Of a stretch of DNA of 64,000 nucleotides, positions 1 through 16,467 are shown piece after piece (position 1 is the first letter of the stretch; each line of letters starts with the position of its first letter). The DNA lies in the NCBI RefSeq assembly GCF_009914755.1, contig NC_060947.1; one strand, given 5' to 3'. The notes beneath the pieces were generated by a model that saw only the letters and a program-made list of their open reading frames with translations, did no database searches and was not told the origin of the DNA. Source of the DNA: the human T2T-CHM13v2.0 reference genome, Homo sapiens. Made by a program: the position numbers and the translations under genes.

Positions 1-19
1 TCAAAATTTCAAATGTGTG

Positions 20-330
20 TGTCTGTTTCTGGGAATTTATCCCACTGATCATGCACATAAGACACATATCAAAAAACGTATGTTCAAAGTTATTTTCTTC
101 AGGATTGCTTGTAATAGCCAAAGACTGAAAACAAGTCAGTGTCCATCCATGGTGGATGGGTAAAATTAGCCATAATTCACCCACACAATAGAATATAGTC
201 CTGATATTAAGAAATGATAAGGAAGATCCCTATGGACTGCAATGACTCCAAGGACATCGTGAGTGAAAAATAAAAACTACAGAGCAATTTATACATTATG
301 TTATCTTTTGTGTAAAATGGGAGTAAGTTT
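20..330 (+). mobile_element. Ancient L1M (L1ME-like) 3' fragment
   Basis: Degenerate L1 3'-end motifs (gggaatttatccc...gccaaagactgaaaacaa...tgtccatc...atggactgcaatgactccaaggacat). Boundaries approximate. Confidence 0.45.
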
Positions 331-1269
331 ACTTGTATTGGCATTTAAAAAATATTGAAATGACATAAACACACACAAAAAAACTACTTTTAATGTCTCA
401 TGTTGGGTGCGAAGGTGCTAAAACATGACGGATGAGAACAGAAATGGGAAGGAAGAACTCTATGTATTCATTTGTATAAAGTGTTGATTTTTGGACTATG
501 TGACTCCATTAACTATTCAAACATTAAATTGAGGAAAAAGAAAAAAAAGGGATTAAAGACCCGAACATTAGCTTTGGCTAGAAAAATTCCATATCTATGA
601 AAAATAGGAGAAGGAAACTAGATTGATTAAAAGGAATAGTCAATAGTAAAATAATAAAAGTGTATGTACAGATACTTCATTCAACGATGTTTGGCAATTA
701 ACAGATGAGAAATAGTGAAAAGGTAATTAATAAGGGTGATAAAATGAAGCACAATCTTTGAAACATAGGTAAGTACTTGCTTACATGAAAGCATGTTAGA
801 AAAAAAGAAATAAGAAAAAATATATAGAATCTGAATGAAGTCAAGAGATAAATGTAGGAGGATGGTCTCTTATGGCTCAAGAGGAGGTGAGGAAAAGTAT
901 ACAGATTAAAGAGAAGTACAAGCAGGAAGAATGTGAAAATGGATACATACAAAATGACATTATTAGGTCAAGATGATGTAAATTAAAACAAATTTTCTCT
1001 GTACTGAATAAAGAAATATTTGAGATCATCAGCTTGAAGGATGGAAGAAGAAAATGGGATTTAGCGGGTGGGGAAGGATGATTGTTGCGATATGTGAGCC
1101 AAAGAGAAGATGAGACATGGGAAATAGGATTCTTGAACTTTGGTAAGATTTAACTCAAGCACAGAAAGTTGGACTGCACTACACTTCAACAAAAACTCAA
1201 CAGTTTTAGGATGACATTCTAAACAATATTCCAGAAAAGAAGTGGAGAAGTGAAAGTGGTTTGCACGTG

Positions 1270-1440
1270 TTAAGTCCCTTACAACCTGAAAGATGGGTAC
1301 TATTTTATTATCCAAATTCTAAGGTGAGGAAATTGAAACTCAGAGTGAATAAGAAATTTTTCTACAGACACCCTTCTAGAAAGTGGTGGCATCAGAATTC
1401 AAACAAATTCCAAAATCCATGTGCTGCTTATCACCAAGCC
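1270..1440 (-). mobile_element. MIR SINE fragment
   Basis: MIR core-like 'ggtactattttattatcc...aggtgaggaaattgaaactcagag...agtggtggcatcagaattcaaac'. Confidence 0.5.
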
Positions 1441-2390
1441 TGGTACATAAAAGACATTCATTGGGTACTTTTTAAATGACTAAAAACCTCTTAGAAATAT
1501 AAATTACAAATTATGGAAGTAAAACACCAGTAGAAATTGGTCAGCCAGGATTAGAAAACAGTCAAAGGTAATGCAAAAATAATTTGATTTGCTAAAGAGG
1601 AAAACATGCAGATATCATTACTACAACTTTCATTAAATATTCAGTGACAATTTAAATTTCTATTAGGACTACAAAATGCTATCATAAAGTTAGTTATATT
1701 TAGAAAATAAGCTGTGAAATCCACACCAAAAATCTTCCCAAAATAAAAATATATATTGCCTTAAGAATTGAAGATTTTTATACCTCTGCTGAACCTATGA
1801 AATAAAAATTATTTGTATATGCAATCGGATAACTCCTAGGTCTAATATATCTACAAGGAATTTTGTTTATATCAATTAGAGAGGATAACAACTGTTTTCA
1901 TGATCCCAATAAAAACAGAAAATATTGGTCATTTACTTAGTTGATACCACACATACCTACATGTACATTGAAAAAATATAATTATAAACAATTTTACACA
2001 CAGATACACACACCCATAGACAAACCCACGCATATGTATGTGAATAAACACACACAAGCATCTGGAGCATATGAAGCATCAAAATAAATGTTGTTCTCTT
2101 AGAGGTCTTTCAGGCTACACCTGCACAGAGACATAACAATTATTCTTGGTAAATTAAGTTTCATATGCACACTAACTTAAACTGTTCATCTGATACCTGA
2201 AAAATTGAGCCAAATCTTTAAGTTTTTCTCTGGGATAAAACTGGACACTGTCATGAAAGTCCATTGTGTTATATTACAAACATGTTTGCCACAGTTCAAA
2301 GAATAAATACAGCACACTTCACATCATCGATGGACGATAAGAATAAGGAATATGGACAGAGAAGACCCACAGTCCCTAACATTAACTTCT

Positions 2391-4349
<1,959 letters not shown>

Positions 4350-7209
4350 TAACATTAACTTCTAAAAGTTATCCTCCACAGGTTTTGCATATTCTACTCT
4401 CTGATTACAAGATTAGAGAATTTTTTAGTTTGTTTGACTTATGCCAGTAGCAGAGGAGACATAGTCCCTCTCTATTCACATGTTACATCATGAATACATT
4501 TGGTCACTGGAAATATATACCAAAGCATATGTTACTCCAAGGCTTGATGGCTGGTTCAGGTACATAAAATGACCAGAAATGAGAGGGGTAGTCTCTTAAA
4601 ATCTGTTGTCATTAACTCAGTATTAATTCTTAAGGAGTAAACTGTAGCAAATAAGGACAATTTCTTACTCAAACAATCATTATTCATGCATGCAAACCAG
4701 TACTTGGAAATAACAACAGGGATATAAAGTAAAATTCTCAAAATTCAGTAGACACCCATGGAATAGGATGGAAACTAGAAGGAATCAGAATTTACTGAAA
4801 AGATTTCTCCCACAGTATGGCACAGTGAGAAGAGAATAAACCAAAACATAAAGAAAAGACTAGAAATATTCAAAATTCCATTTTCATTTTATGCACATTA
4901 ACACATAGGTTTTCCAAGCTTTTCAGGGTAGAGTTCTCTTCAGATTTAATTTTTCTTTTTAGGAGTCACAGTTCTGAACATAAACATACATCATATAAAA
5001 ATAAGAGACTAGCAGTTCGTAAAACTTCATTAGAAGAAAAATAAACTTGAAGATGAAATTAAGCTTTGCTTAGGGACATGACATTTGAGAACACAGAGAG
5101 AAATTGTTTCATAAGTATCAGAATAAGCTACTAGGTATTTTTGCTAATGTTTACTTTATCTTTCAGATATTTTGAAATTAAAGATTTGTCCTTAAAGTGT
5201 TTTAATGGTTTGATTTAATAATAGGCAATAATTGAATCTAAATAGTCAAAACTATCTTTGATGAAGCAAATTAAGCATGTGACTATAAAGGACAGAATTA
5301 CAAACCCTTTGTATTTTAGTGAATTATGACCAGATCCTTCAATATAGAAATCTTATTGCTACTATGTCACTTTGTCAATACAAGTGTAATATTGCTTCTA
5401 GATTATTTCTACTATGCCTAATATCATAAATCACACTAAATTTTTTCTCCTTAATTGATAATGATACATATTAAAATATGCTTTAAACTTCAATTAACAG
5501 AAGGATATTTGTAACGGATTTTGTCTCAAGTAATTAATGGACACAATATTAAAGTAAAATTGCATTTTTGTAAGTTAAACTTGCTTTCTAGTTAAAGATA
5601 TATAAGACAGTATCACAAAATGTAAGACCTGGACTATTATTTCATACTTCTATGACTTTTCTATTTCAACTTTGCATTTTGTTATATAAATTCTCAGCAA
5701 TATGTATTTTCAAATATCCTCATAATCAGTTATTTCAGTACATTTACATGGCAACCTATTTACATGGAATATATTTATTGGCATTTGAATATATTGTTGA
5801 AATCATCATATTCTGAAACTTTAGCTTTACTACTAACATTGATTTTTGATGAATTCCAAAACTGTTTAATTTTCTAATGACAATAACTCTTTTATGAACA
5901 AGACCTTTATCCAGGTGCACTAAAGTGTACTTTGTATAAAAAAAATGCATGTTTTACAAAGTGGAATTAACTATCCAGGTGGACAGCTGGACCACAGCAG
6001 GGTACATTACTGTGGGAGGAAGGAGAATTTTGATCATTGAAACTGGGCTAATTCCCCTATGTTTATATAAAACTGGAAAAAATGCAGGATCTCAGTGTTT
6101 ATTATGGTAAATGAAAAACACTCAAGCAGTCAAGCTTCAGGGAATTCAATTTATCTACACACTTCAAAGGCTAAATCAACTATGATGAGTTCTAAAAATA
6201 CGGAGCAAAAAATGACAAAATATTGTTATAATAAATGCTTTTTATAATTTCTTTTAAAATATCCCTTGTTAGACAAAAATATTCTAAACTTCAAATGATG
6301 TTTCAGTGATTTATTGATCTGGTTATATAAAGATTTGCTTTAGAAATATTAAAGTGTGAAGTGAATAGCTATTGCCAATCCATATTATATGATAGTTATT
6401 CACTAATATGAAAAACAAAACAAAACTATCCTATACCTAATTATGCGAAATGGAAAATGTGCAAAGAGAAACCAGAGACTTCAGTCCAAATCCAAAGCAC
6501 AGAAGAAAACAAATGTTTGTAGGATTTTCTTTCAAAGAAAAATGAAAAGCAGTGGAAATAGCTGACTCTGATTAGAAGAAAAGCAATTTAGGCAAAAATG
6601 TGTCATCTTTCTATGTTACACAAATTATTAAAAATAACTGTATCTCTGTATTCTGTTGTAAAATTGATAAACCTTTAAAAATGCCCTTGTGTATTCAGAA
6701 ATTCTTTTCTGAACGCCAAATGAAAATAAAATTCCAGTATCTAGTGCCAAGTAATTAAAGTGTCTTCAGAGTCCAAAGTAATACAATTTAATCCTTTTAA
6801 CTTTACTAGTGACATATGAATGCAATACACTTGTATAAAATACTCTTTTACCATATATCCACTTGAGATATGATCTTCCTAATTCTTAAATGTATTTTTT
6901 TATTTTCTCCCTGTCAGCAATTTCAAAAGAATGGCTAAGGGCTGAATATTACCTACCACAGAAATATAGCACTTTTTCATTCATTTGCAACTAGTAATAA
7001 GAGTAATCCCTCGTCACTACATTGATCAGATTAATCAGAACTTATCAAAATAATTTCATCATTCTGCTATGCCTCCTATTATCTTGAAAGTGAGAAATGA
7101 CCAGTTGAGCAGCGAAAAAACTGTAGTTGAATCGTTAACAGTGCAAGAGGATGGTCAAGGGGAGCAAATAAAAACAATAGGGCATGGTGATGGAGAGAAG
7201 GAGCAGTTT

Positions 7210-7760
7210 TTAAAAACCTGTACGTGAATGTTCATAATAGTTATTTGTGATTACCCAGTGTCCTTCAACAGGTAAGTGATTAAACAAAATGTGTACAAAA
7301 AGGAATAAACTGTTGATACACATCATAACTGGATAAATCTCCAGGGAAATATGCTAAGTAAAAAATCCAATCCCAAAGGTTATATTCCGTAAATTTCATT
7401 TATGGAGGTGAGATGGGAGGGAGGTGAGTATAGTTATAAAAAGGAAGCATAAGGAATCTTCATGGTGATTGAACTGTTCTGTATCTTGACTGTGGTGGTG
7501 AACACAAAAATCTACACGTGTGATAAAATTGCATAGAACTAAATATATACATGGGCATGCACATACAAATGAATATATGTAAAACTGGTGAAGGCAGAAC
7601 AAAATTTTTGGTTCATATTAACGTCAGTATCTTGATTGTGCTATTGCACATGCTTTTGCAAGATGTTACCATGGAGGAAATTGGGTAAAGAGAACACAGG
7701 ATCTTTTTATTATTTCTCCCAACTTCTTGTAAATCTAAAATTATTCCAAAATAAGTTTTT
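7210..7760 (+). mobile_element. Old L1M (L1MC/MD-like) 3' UTR fragment
   Basis: Motifs 'gaatgttcata', 'ctggataaatctccaggg', 'gttctgtatcttgactgtggtggt', 'gcaagatgttaccatggaggaaattgggt'. Confidence 0.6.
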
Positions 7761-7940
7761 TAAATGTATGGGAAAGGAAAGCAAAGTGCATGATTCAGGG
7801 TTTTTTAATTATACTGCCTGATTTTAGCTCTTATTTCTAAGCAAAGTATAGAAGTATCAGAAATTAAAGTATTTCACTTTAATTTTTAACCAAGGTGAGA
7901 TTACACTATTAGATAATAGCTGCAAAAAATCTAAACTTGA

Positions 7941-8818
7941 CTGCATAAATGTCTTCTTTTGAGAAGTGTCTGTTCACATCCTTTGCCCACTTTTTGATGG
8001 GGTTGTTTGTTTTTTTCTTGTAAATTTGTTTGAGTTCATTGTAGATTCTACATGAAAAAATGCTCATCATCACTGGCCATCAGAGAAATGCAAATCAAAA
8101 CCACAATGAGATACCATCTCACACCAGTTAGAATGGCGATCATTAAAAAGTCAGGAAACAACAGGTGCTGGAGAGGATGTGGAGAAATAGGAACACTTTT
8201 ACACTGTTGGTGGGACTGTAAACTAGTTCAATCATTGTGGAAGTCAGTGTAGCGATTCCTCAGGGATCTAGAACTAGAAATACCATTTGACCCAGCCATC
8301 CCATTACTGGGTATATACCCAAAGGATTATAAAATCATACTGCTATAAAGACACATGCACACATATGTTTATTGCGGCACTATTCACAATAGCAAAGACT
8401 TGGAACCAACCCAAATGTCCAACAATGATAGACTGGATTAAGAAAATGTGGCACATATACACCATGGAATACTATGCAGCCATAAAAAATGAAGAGTTCA
8501 TGTCCTTTGTAGGGACATGGATGAAGCTGGAAACCATCATTCTCAACAAACTATCATGAGGACAAAAAACCAAACACCGCATATTCTCACTCATAGGTGG
8601 GAATTGAACAATGAGAACACATGGACACAGGAAGGGGAACATCACACTCCAGGGACTGTTGTGGGGTGGGGGGAGGGGGGAGGGATAGCATTAAGAGATA
8701 TACCTAATGCTAAATGACGAGTTAATGGGTGCAGCACACCAACATGGCACATGTATGCATATGTAACTAACCTGCATATTGTGCACAAGTACCCTAAAAC
8801 TTAAAGTATAATAATAAA
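7941..8818 (+). mobile_element. 5'-truncated, 5'-inverted LINE-1 (L1PA4/5-like)
   Basis: Inverted 109-nt ORF2 piece (7941-8049), then sense ORF2 end (MKKCSSSL...CWRGC...HCWWDC), 3'UTR and poly-A. 17-bp TSD aaaaaatctaaacttga at 7924-7940 and 8819-8835. Confidence 0.93.
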
Positions 8819-8964
8819 AAAAAATCTAAACTTGAATTTGAAAAAGTTTTAATTATTTGAAGTGGTTTCACATCAGAAATTTTCTTGAAAATATTGGATG
8901 TAAGTCAATGAGCACTGTTGTTGTTATTGTTAATGAGTGTTCAATGAAAGTTAGCAAGATGCTG

Positions 8965-9150
8965 TCCATGAATTATCTCATTCTTATAGAAAACCTATGA
9001 GATAAGTGTTGCTCTTATCCACATTTTATAGATGAAAAAAACTGAGGTTCTGAAAAGCTGAGTAATTCATTCAAGGTTATCAGGTAATAAGTGGCAGATT
9101 CAAAACTGTGACCTAGGTCTCTCTGACTCTGCATCTGGTTCTCTTAACTA
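8965..9150 (-). mobile_element. MIR SINE
   Basis: 'cacattttatagatgaaaaaaactgaggttctga...agtaattcattcaaggttatca...aagtggcaga' resembles the MIR core. Confidence 0.65.
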
Positions 9151-10429
9151 CTAGAATTTAATGCCACTTCTATGCTTTACTCACTGGAAGACTTCTAAAG
9201 AAAACAATTGTTCTTTTTTATAATTAAGTATGTAAAGTATAAAAATATAATGACACAGTAAGGGAAAAAGATAATTTTGTCAGATGTTCGCCAATTTTGT
9301 GTTCTTATAAATATTCAAATATGGATTGGGTTAATGACAATACATTTTATAATAGAAAATCTGTTAGCATCAAATTCATAACTATAACACTGAAGAAAGC
9401 CAAAAGATAATCAGATGAAAACATAAAAGATAATAATATCAGTTACCAAATTAAATACAGGTGATGTTTCAAAATGAACTATTACCTGAAAGCAAGACAC
9501 CAGTTTTTTGTTATTGCAAGAATGAAACAGTTAGTAGAATCACAAAAAAATTCAATTGCCTCTCAGCTGAGTTTAGTTACCCTGTAGTCTCTAGTTTGGA
9601 ATTAATCTTTGAGCTTTTGAAAAATTAATATGTAATGAGAATATTGCTTACATTCACAAGTATGAAAATAAGATGCTTCCTTTAAAGGCACTTAAATCAG
9701 TTTCTAATAAACTTATTTAATATTGGGCTTTATTTCTTTTGCTTACTGGCCAGAGAGTACCACATAACCTAAAAGTAATTTATTGGAATTCAGTAAGATC
9801 ACAAAATGTGATAATGATCTGAGCCAATCTATAACAAATAAACATTCCCCTAATTCAACGGAAAATGTCATCCAACATACCATATAAAGCTACATCCACT
9901 TCAAAAATGTTTCTGATTATATTATACCAATTGTCTTTTTCTGTTCATTTCATTTTTCATGATAGAAAATTAAAATGATTTGATTTATCCTTTTCTGAGT
10001 TTCTGACACATGTTGTAATAAAGAAATAAAACACTATTTGATATGCTTTAAAATAATATGTCATCTGATTAGAGATAAAGTTATCTCAGCTGGGTTCTAT
10101 CAGTACCAATAAAAAGAGAAAAATCAATTTATAAAATAAAATATAGAAAATTTCATAGATTTTCCTACTATTAAATTTGTAATTTAATGCCACTATAATG
10201 ACAGCCACATTTACTACATGTGATTTAATTTTATCATTGGGGAGGGGGAATCTCATTAATTTAGAAACTGTAAATAAAGATGGACATTTCAATTATGTAA
10301 TTAAAAACTTCCTCACTTGTTTTATTTTCATGCTGAAAACAATTACAAAAATAAAGCCATGTAAATAATTACAATGAAACTACAGCAACTCACCAAACAA
10401 TAGGAAACTAAGAATTAGAGGAAGATAAA

Positions 10430-10572
10430 CTGGAGATTCATCTGGTTGTAGTGTGTATCAATAGTTTATTCCTTTTTATTGTGGTACATATGTACTCAAT
10501 TTGTTTAATCACTTACCTGTTGAAGGACAGTGGGTTGTTTTCAGTTTCTAGCAATTATAAATAACTATTAAC
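10430..10572 (-). mobile_element. Old L1M fragment
   Basis: 'gagattcatc...tgtgtatcaatagtttattcctttttattg...acctgttgaaggaca..tgggttgttttcagttt' is typical antisense L1M 3' sequence. Confidence 0.55.
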
Positions 10573-10721
10573 AAATCAGGCACCAAAAAAAGTGTACAGC
10601 AAGATTATTTAGTAATAGTATAATTAACATTATCATCAAATACCTCTTGTTATCTAAGAAAGTCTTTATACTTTAATCAGAGATCACTACATGCACTTTA
10701 ATAAGCCTTTGAAGTATGACT

Positions 10722-12703
10722 TTTTAAATCTTTTCTTAGGTTCAGGGGTACATATGCAGATTTGTTATATAAGTAAATTGCATGTCACAGGGGTTGGTGT
10801 ATAGATGATTTTATCATGCAGGTAATAATCAAAATATTCGATAGGTAGTTTTTCATTAATCTCCTTCTGCTCATCCTCCATTCTCTGGTAGGTCCTGGTT
10901 TCTGTTATTCCCTTCTTTGTGTCCATGTGAACCCACTGTGTAGCTCCCACTTATAATTGGAAACATGCTGTGTTTGGTTTTTCTGTCCCTGCATTAGTTC
11001 ACTTAGGATAGTGACCTCCAGCTCCATTCATGTTGCTGCAAAAGACATGATCTCATTCCTTTTTATGTCTGCATAGTATTCTGTGGTGTATATGTATCAC
11101 ATTTTCTTTATCTAGTCTACTGTTGATGGGCATTTAAGTTGATTCCATGTCTTTGGTATTGCAAATAGTGCTGTGATGAACATATGCATGCATGTGCCTT
11201 TATAGTAGAACAATTTATATTCCTTTGGATATACACCCAATAATGAGATTGCTGGGTTGAATGGTAATTGTATTTTGAGTTCTTTGAGAAATCACCACAC
11301 TACTATCCACAGTGGCAGAACTAATTTACATTCCCATGAGTAGTGTATAAGCATTCCCTTCTTTCCACAACCTTGCCAGCATCTGTTATTTTTTGACTTT
11401 TTGATAATAACCATTCATACTGGTGTGAGATGGTATCTCATTGTGGTTTTGATTTGTATTCCTCTAATGATTAGTGATGTTGAGCATTTTTTATACGTTT
11501 GTTAACTGCGTTTATGTCTTCTTTTGAAAAGTGGTTGTTCATGTCCTTTGCCCACTTTTTAATGGTGTGGTTTGTCTTTTCTTTGTTGATTCACTTAAGT
11601 TCCTTATAGATTCTGGATATTAGAACTTTGTCAGATGCATAGTTTGTGAATATATTCTCCCATTCTGTAGGTTATCTGTTTACTCTGTTGATATTTACTT
11701 TTGTTGCACAGAAGCTCGTTAGTTTAATTAGGTCCCACTTGTCAAGTTTTGTTTTTGTTGCAATTGCTTTTGGCATCTTCATAATGAAATCTTTGCCAGG
11801 TCTTATATCCAGAATGGTATTTCTTAGGTTATCTCCCCAGGTTTTTATAGTTTTAGTTTCTACATTTAAGTCTTTAATTCACCTTGAGTTGATTTTTGCA
11901 TATGGTGTAAGGAAGGTGTCCAGTTTCAATCTTCTGCATATGGCTAGCCATATGGCACCATTTATTAAATAGGGAGTTCTTCCCTCATTGCTTGTTTTTG
12001 TGGGCATTGTCAAAGATCAGATGGTTTTAAGTGTGTGGCATTATTTCTGGGCTCTCTATTCTGTCACATTGGTCTATGTATCTGTTTTTGTAGCAATACC
12101 ATGCTGCTTGTTTACTACAGCCTTGTATTATAGGTTGAAGTTGGGTAACATGATGCCTCCAGCTTTGTTCTTTTGTTCTTTGTTCATGGTCTTTGTTCAA
12201 TTGCCTTGGCCATTCAAGCCCTGTTTTGGTTCCATATGACTTTTAAAATAGTTTTTTTTCCCTAATTATGTGAAGAATGTCATAGATAGTTTGACAGGAA
12301 TAGAATTGAATCTGTAGATTGCTTTGGGAAGTATGGCCATTTTAACAATATTGATCCTATTTTGTGTCAACTCTGATTTCTTTGAAAGGTGTTTTGTAAC
12401 TCTTGTTGTAGAGATATTTCACATCCCTGGTTAGCTGTATTCATAGGTATTTTATTCTTTTTGTGGATACTGGAAATGTGTTGCATTCTTGATTCAGCTC
12501 TCAGCTTGGATGTTGTCAGTGTATAAAAGTGCTACTGATTTTTGTACATTTATTTTGTGTCCTGAAACTTTGCTGAATTCATTTATCAGATCAAGGAGCT
12601 TTTGGGCCAAGACCATGAGGTTTTCTAGGTACAGAATCATACTGTCTGCATATAGTTTGACTTCCTATCTCCCTATTAGGATGCCTTTTATTTCTTTCTC
12701 TTG
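10722..12703 (-). mobile_element. 5'-truncated older primate LINE-1 (L1PA13-16-like)
   Basis: Antisense L1 3'UTR and degraded ORF2. Candidate TSD tgaagtatgact (10710-10721) / tgaagtatggct (12704-12715), 11/12 match. Confidence 0.85.
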
Positions 12704-14347
12704 TGAAGTATGGCTAACTTTCGTATACTTAAACCTATTCTCCATTTTAAAGTTTTCTGAATTTTCTATCCCCACCTTTCCCCTATTTGTCCCACTAAAT
12801 GTTCCTTCACTTGAGTAACAAGGTCTAATTTATTTTTTTTCTTTTGATAAGTTCATTTTGTGACAATAATCCTTGTGACCAAACTTTGCTCAGTCAATTA
12901 GATGTGCTGTTCAATCTACTTCAGTTGTCGCGATGATCCTAAGCAAGAAATCAGTCAGTTTTCAATGCATGGTTTTCATTAAATAGACATGGCTTTAAAA
13001 TATTAAAATAAGTTCACCAATGTGAAATACACACTTGCATCATTGTGTTAAAATTTGTAATTGAAAATTTGAATACAGGGTTGTATTTAAGATTTTCTAG
13101 AGAATAAAGCCTAAATTTCATCAAAGTATAATTATTGTAACTGGTTCAATAGATTATTCTTAGGCTAACATATATGTGTAAATTCATTAAATTAATAATT
13201 GTTTGCAAGTTAATATCCAAAGTTATCTCATTGGGCTCCCTAGGTGATGATGTGCTAATTGCCCCTGGAGCTGGCCACTTGTATTTTTTTAAATAGAGGT
13301 AACTGGCAAATCTGGACACAGTTAAGCAATTATGCTAAGTAAGAGAGAGAATGCTGTCTGAAATTCTAGCCAACAATTATCCATTAATCATGTCCAATAT
13401 TTTTTTTCTATGGATGGTAAAAAATAAACCGCCTAAACTCTCCCAATTTAAAAATATGAGTGGCATTTTGTTACATTCCGGCAAGGGGAATAATATCAGA
13501 AACTTCTTGGCTTCTCACAAAATAGTGTTTTTAATAAATCGATGGCGCCCTGGATCATGGTCTTTCAAAGGTCATGCTGGTCCAGGAAGATACTGGGAAG
13601 CTGAATCACAGGTCGGATGATATAACTGGGTAATAGGGATTCAGAGGAGCACCGGAAAATGGCACTTGTGCTTTGACTTTCTAAAGTGTTTGTAAAACGG
13701 CCTGTTTGACCCAGACAGAGCTTTACTATCACAGGAAAGTGCTTTTGGAGTCCCTGATGAGTGCAGCAACCTCACCCCAAACTTTTGAGCACATCTTGGC
13801 GCCCAGAGCAGCCATTCGCGACCTAAATTACTAAGTCAAGATTCAAGCTCTACAGCAGCAAAGGTCCTGTGAGGTACGCTTGGCTGGAAGAAAGCTAGGT
13901 ATCTGGCTCTGCCCAGAAGGCGCCCGCTCCGCAAACTGCTGGGAAGTTCTGGTTTGTTCCAAGAGTAGCACCAAGGAGACAAAGGAACATGCAAAATAGG
14001 ATAGCTTATGCTGGCTGCAAGAAGCTGCAGTCGGGTTTTTGCCCCTGGGCCCTCTGATAATCACCGCAGGGACTTGGGGCAGGAGCAGGCTATTGGAATG
14101 ATGGCAGACGGTTTAAAATTCCTTACTTGCTGATCCCTGAGCAGTGGTCTTGTAGAGTCACCACAGCACTGGAGATTGGCAGCTAGCTCCACCACTAATG
14201 TGCTCTCTTAAATCTCGATTACTTGAGGCGGATAATGGAAGAATGAAGTTACCTACCTGATTTGTTATTGTTGCTGCTGTGAGGTTTAAGAGTTAACATG
14301 TAGCAACATGAGGATTAAGAGTTAACATGTAGCAAGATAGCAAGCTT

Positions 14348-14414
14348 AAAAAAAGAAAGAGAAAGACAGAAAGAATGAAAGAAAAGAAAGAAAGAAGGAA
14401 GAAAGAGAAAGAAG

Positions 14415-14492
<78 letters not shown>
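14348..14492. repeat. (AAAG)n purine-rich microsatellite
   Basis: Long perfect AAAG run preceded by degenerate GA-rich units. Confidence 0.97.
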
Positions 14493-14493
<1 letters not shown>

Positions 14494-16435
14494 GGTAGTG
14501 GTTATTGTTGGAGGCCTCACACCTGTGAGTGGTATCGCCCCAGAACTCTGTCAAAGTCTCCTGAATCTTGAGAAGCCAAGCCCTTGTTCTCTTCTATTGG
14601 GCTGCTTCCTCGGGTACGACTTTGTAGGAGCCACCAGGAATTAAGTGCACCTGCTAAGGTCATGAGACAAGATGAGCCTCTTTGGAATGCCAAAATTTGC
14701 CCCCAGCAGACCGCACTGCTGCGTCTACCCAGGCAGTATACATCTAGCCCTTCACATGTAATCATGTTGAATTGAGTTTTTGGCAACACTTGTCCCTGGC
14801 TAACTACCTGATTCTGCGGAGCGTCAGAGCCTGGTCTCTCAAAAGCCCTCTCCCCAAAGGCCAGAAGTGAAGTTTCCCCCGGCCGTCATGGCCCTGAAAC
14901 GGAGCACTGCAGAGCTCACAGAGGGGAGTGGAGATGGGAAGAAAGACACTGTTTCCTGAGTTGCCTGGATAGGATTATTTATGACGTAGCCACAAGCCTC
15001 TTCTGCTACAGCAGGCGGAGACCTTGCCACCTCAGGATTATGCTGCCACTTGCACTTAGCCTTCTTCCCGCATATACACACCCAGCGACATAAAAAGGGC
15101 ACTCCTGCCCTGAGTTTGGAAATGATGTTTTGTGATGAGAGTCTAGTCCTGGTGGCTCACTCCTCACTGTCTATTGCTCACCGGCACGGAAAACTCTCTT
15201 TCATTCATAAATAATTGCCTTGCGCATTACTGTAGAAGAAAACTTAGTTAACAAATTCCTTTGTTTTGCTTGTGAAGTTACCAGATTTGGTTAGTAATTG
15301 CCTGCTTGATCAAAAGCCATTTCCTTCGTGGTTAACCAAACATCAACTTGTCTCTGTTGGGCCCGTTTTAAATATCACCAAAAGTGAACAGCCCCAATTA
15401 CGACAGGAAACACATTTCCCGACATTAAACAAGGAACAGAAACAGATTTGTCGTGTTTCAAAATGCACATAGTTCTATGGATGGGCTCACATGCTGTTCT
15501 TATTTGCAACCTTCTCTCCCTAAACAAACACACAGGAGCGCGAAGACACAAACACATTCTTCTTTCAGTGGGTGTAGAAGGATTCTTGGAAAATCCTGTC
15601 TCTGAGTTATCTTCAAAAATGGCTGAAACTTATTACTGTGACACTTTTTAACTTGAAAATCAAGATAAAGTAAAGGGGAAAGTCTAAAATAAAATAAAAT
15701 ACAATCACTATTTTACTTTTCTTGAAAGAAGGGAAAATATTTGCCAGGAAAAATACTTTAGAGAGACTGTAGTCCTCTTCAGACATTTAAAACTTTCACA
15801 TGAGATAGTAAAATAAATTTAAAAATTAAAAAATAATCCCTTGAGTTTTTGTGTGGTTGACTGTGAGCTGCAAATCTCAGGAACACCGGAATGCATTTAT
15901 AAACCCATCAGAAATATCACCGTCACTATTTGGCATTCAGTATTGATAAGAAATGCGTGGTCCTCCTTGGCCTCTGGTTTTTCAGGCAGGGTTATAACAG
16001 GCATTATCTGCTTCAGGGGTTTTATTTGGGAAATCCCCTGGGTCCTTCCTAGTTATCCATGGCACTGCGGTGTGGTAGCCCAATGCGGGGTAGCTGGGGT
16101 TTCCTGCATTACTTGAAAGGTATGGTGCTCTCTGCAATGGAGAAAATAAATTTAAAAGCTATAGAATTCGTCCAATTAAACCGCACTAATCCAGAATCTG
16201 TCTTCTCTTCTATGAGAGCCTCTTCACTAGAGGATAAAATGAGCATTGATTTTTCAAGTACCTATGGATCACTTATTGCTAGTAAATTCTTCTGACTTAG
16301 GGCCTTAAGCCCTTTTCGATTCTCTCTGAGCTGCCCTGGAGAAATAAACCAACAAGTAAAAATCAAACATGTTCTATTTTGCAGCAGAAAAATGTGTCAG
16401 CCAAGACATTTCTGGGATTCGCTGTGCATTAAATT

Positions 16436-16467
16436 GTGTGTGTGTGTGTGTGTATATGTGTGTGTGT
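16436..16467. repeat. (TG)n microsatellite, interrupted
   Basis: Visible TG repeats ~0.6 kb upstream of the putative distal TBX22 start. Confidence 0.9.

Noticed and set aside
8660-8686. G-quadruplex-forming G tract (complementary C tract at ~2538-2560)
   Set aside because: Standard feature of the L1PA 3' UTR.
14293-14644. KKER-repeat and FFLS-repeat ORFs
   Set aside because: Translations of the (AAAG)n microsatellite.
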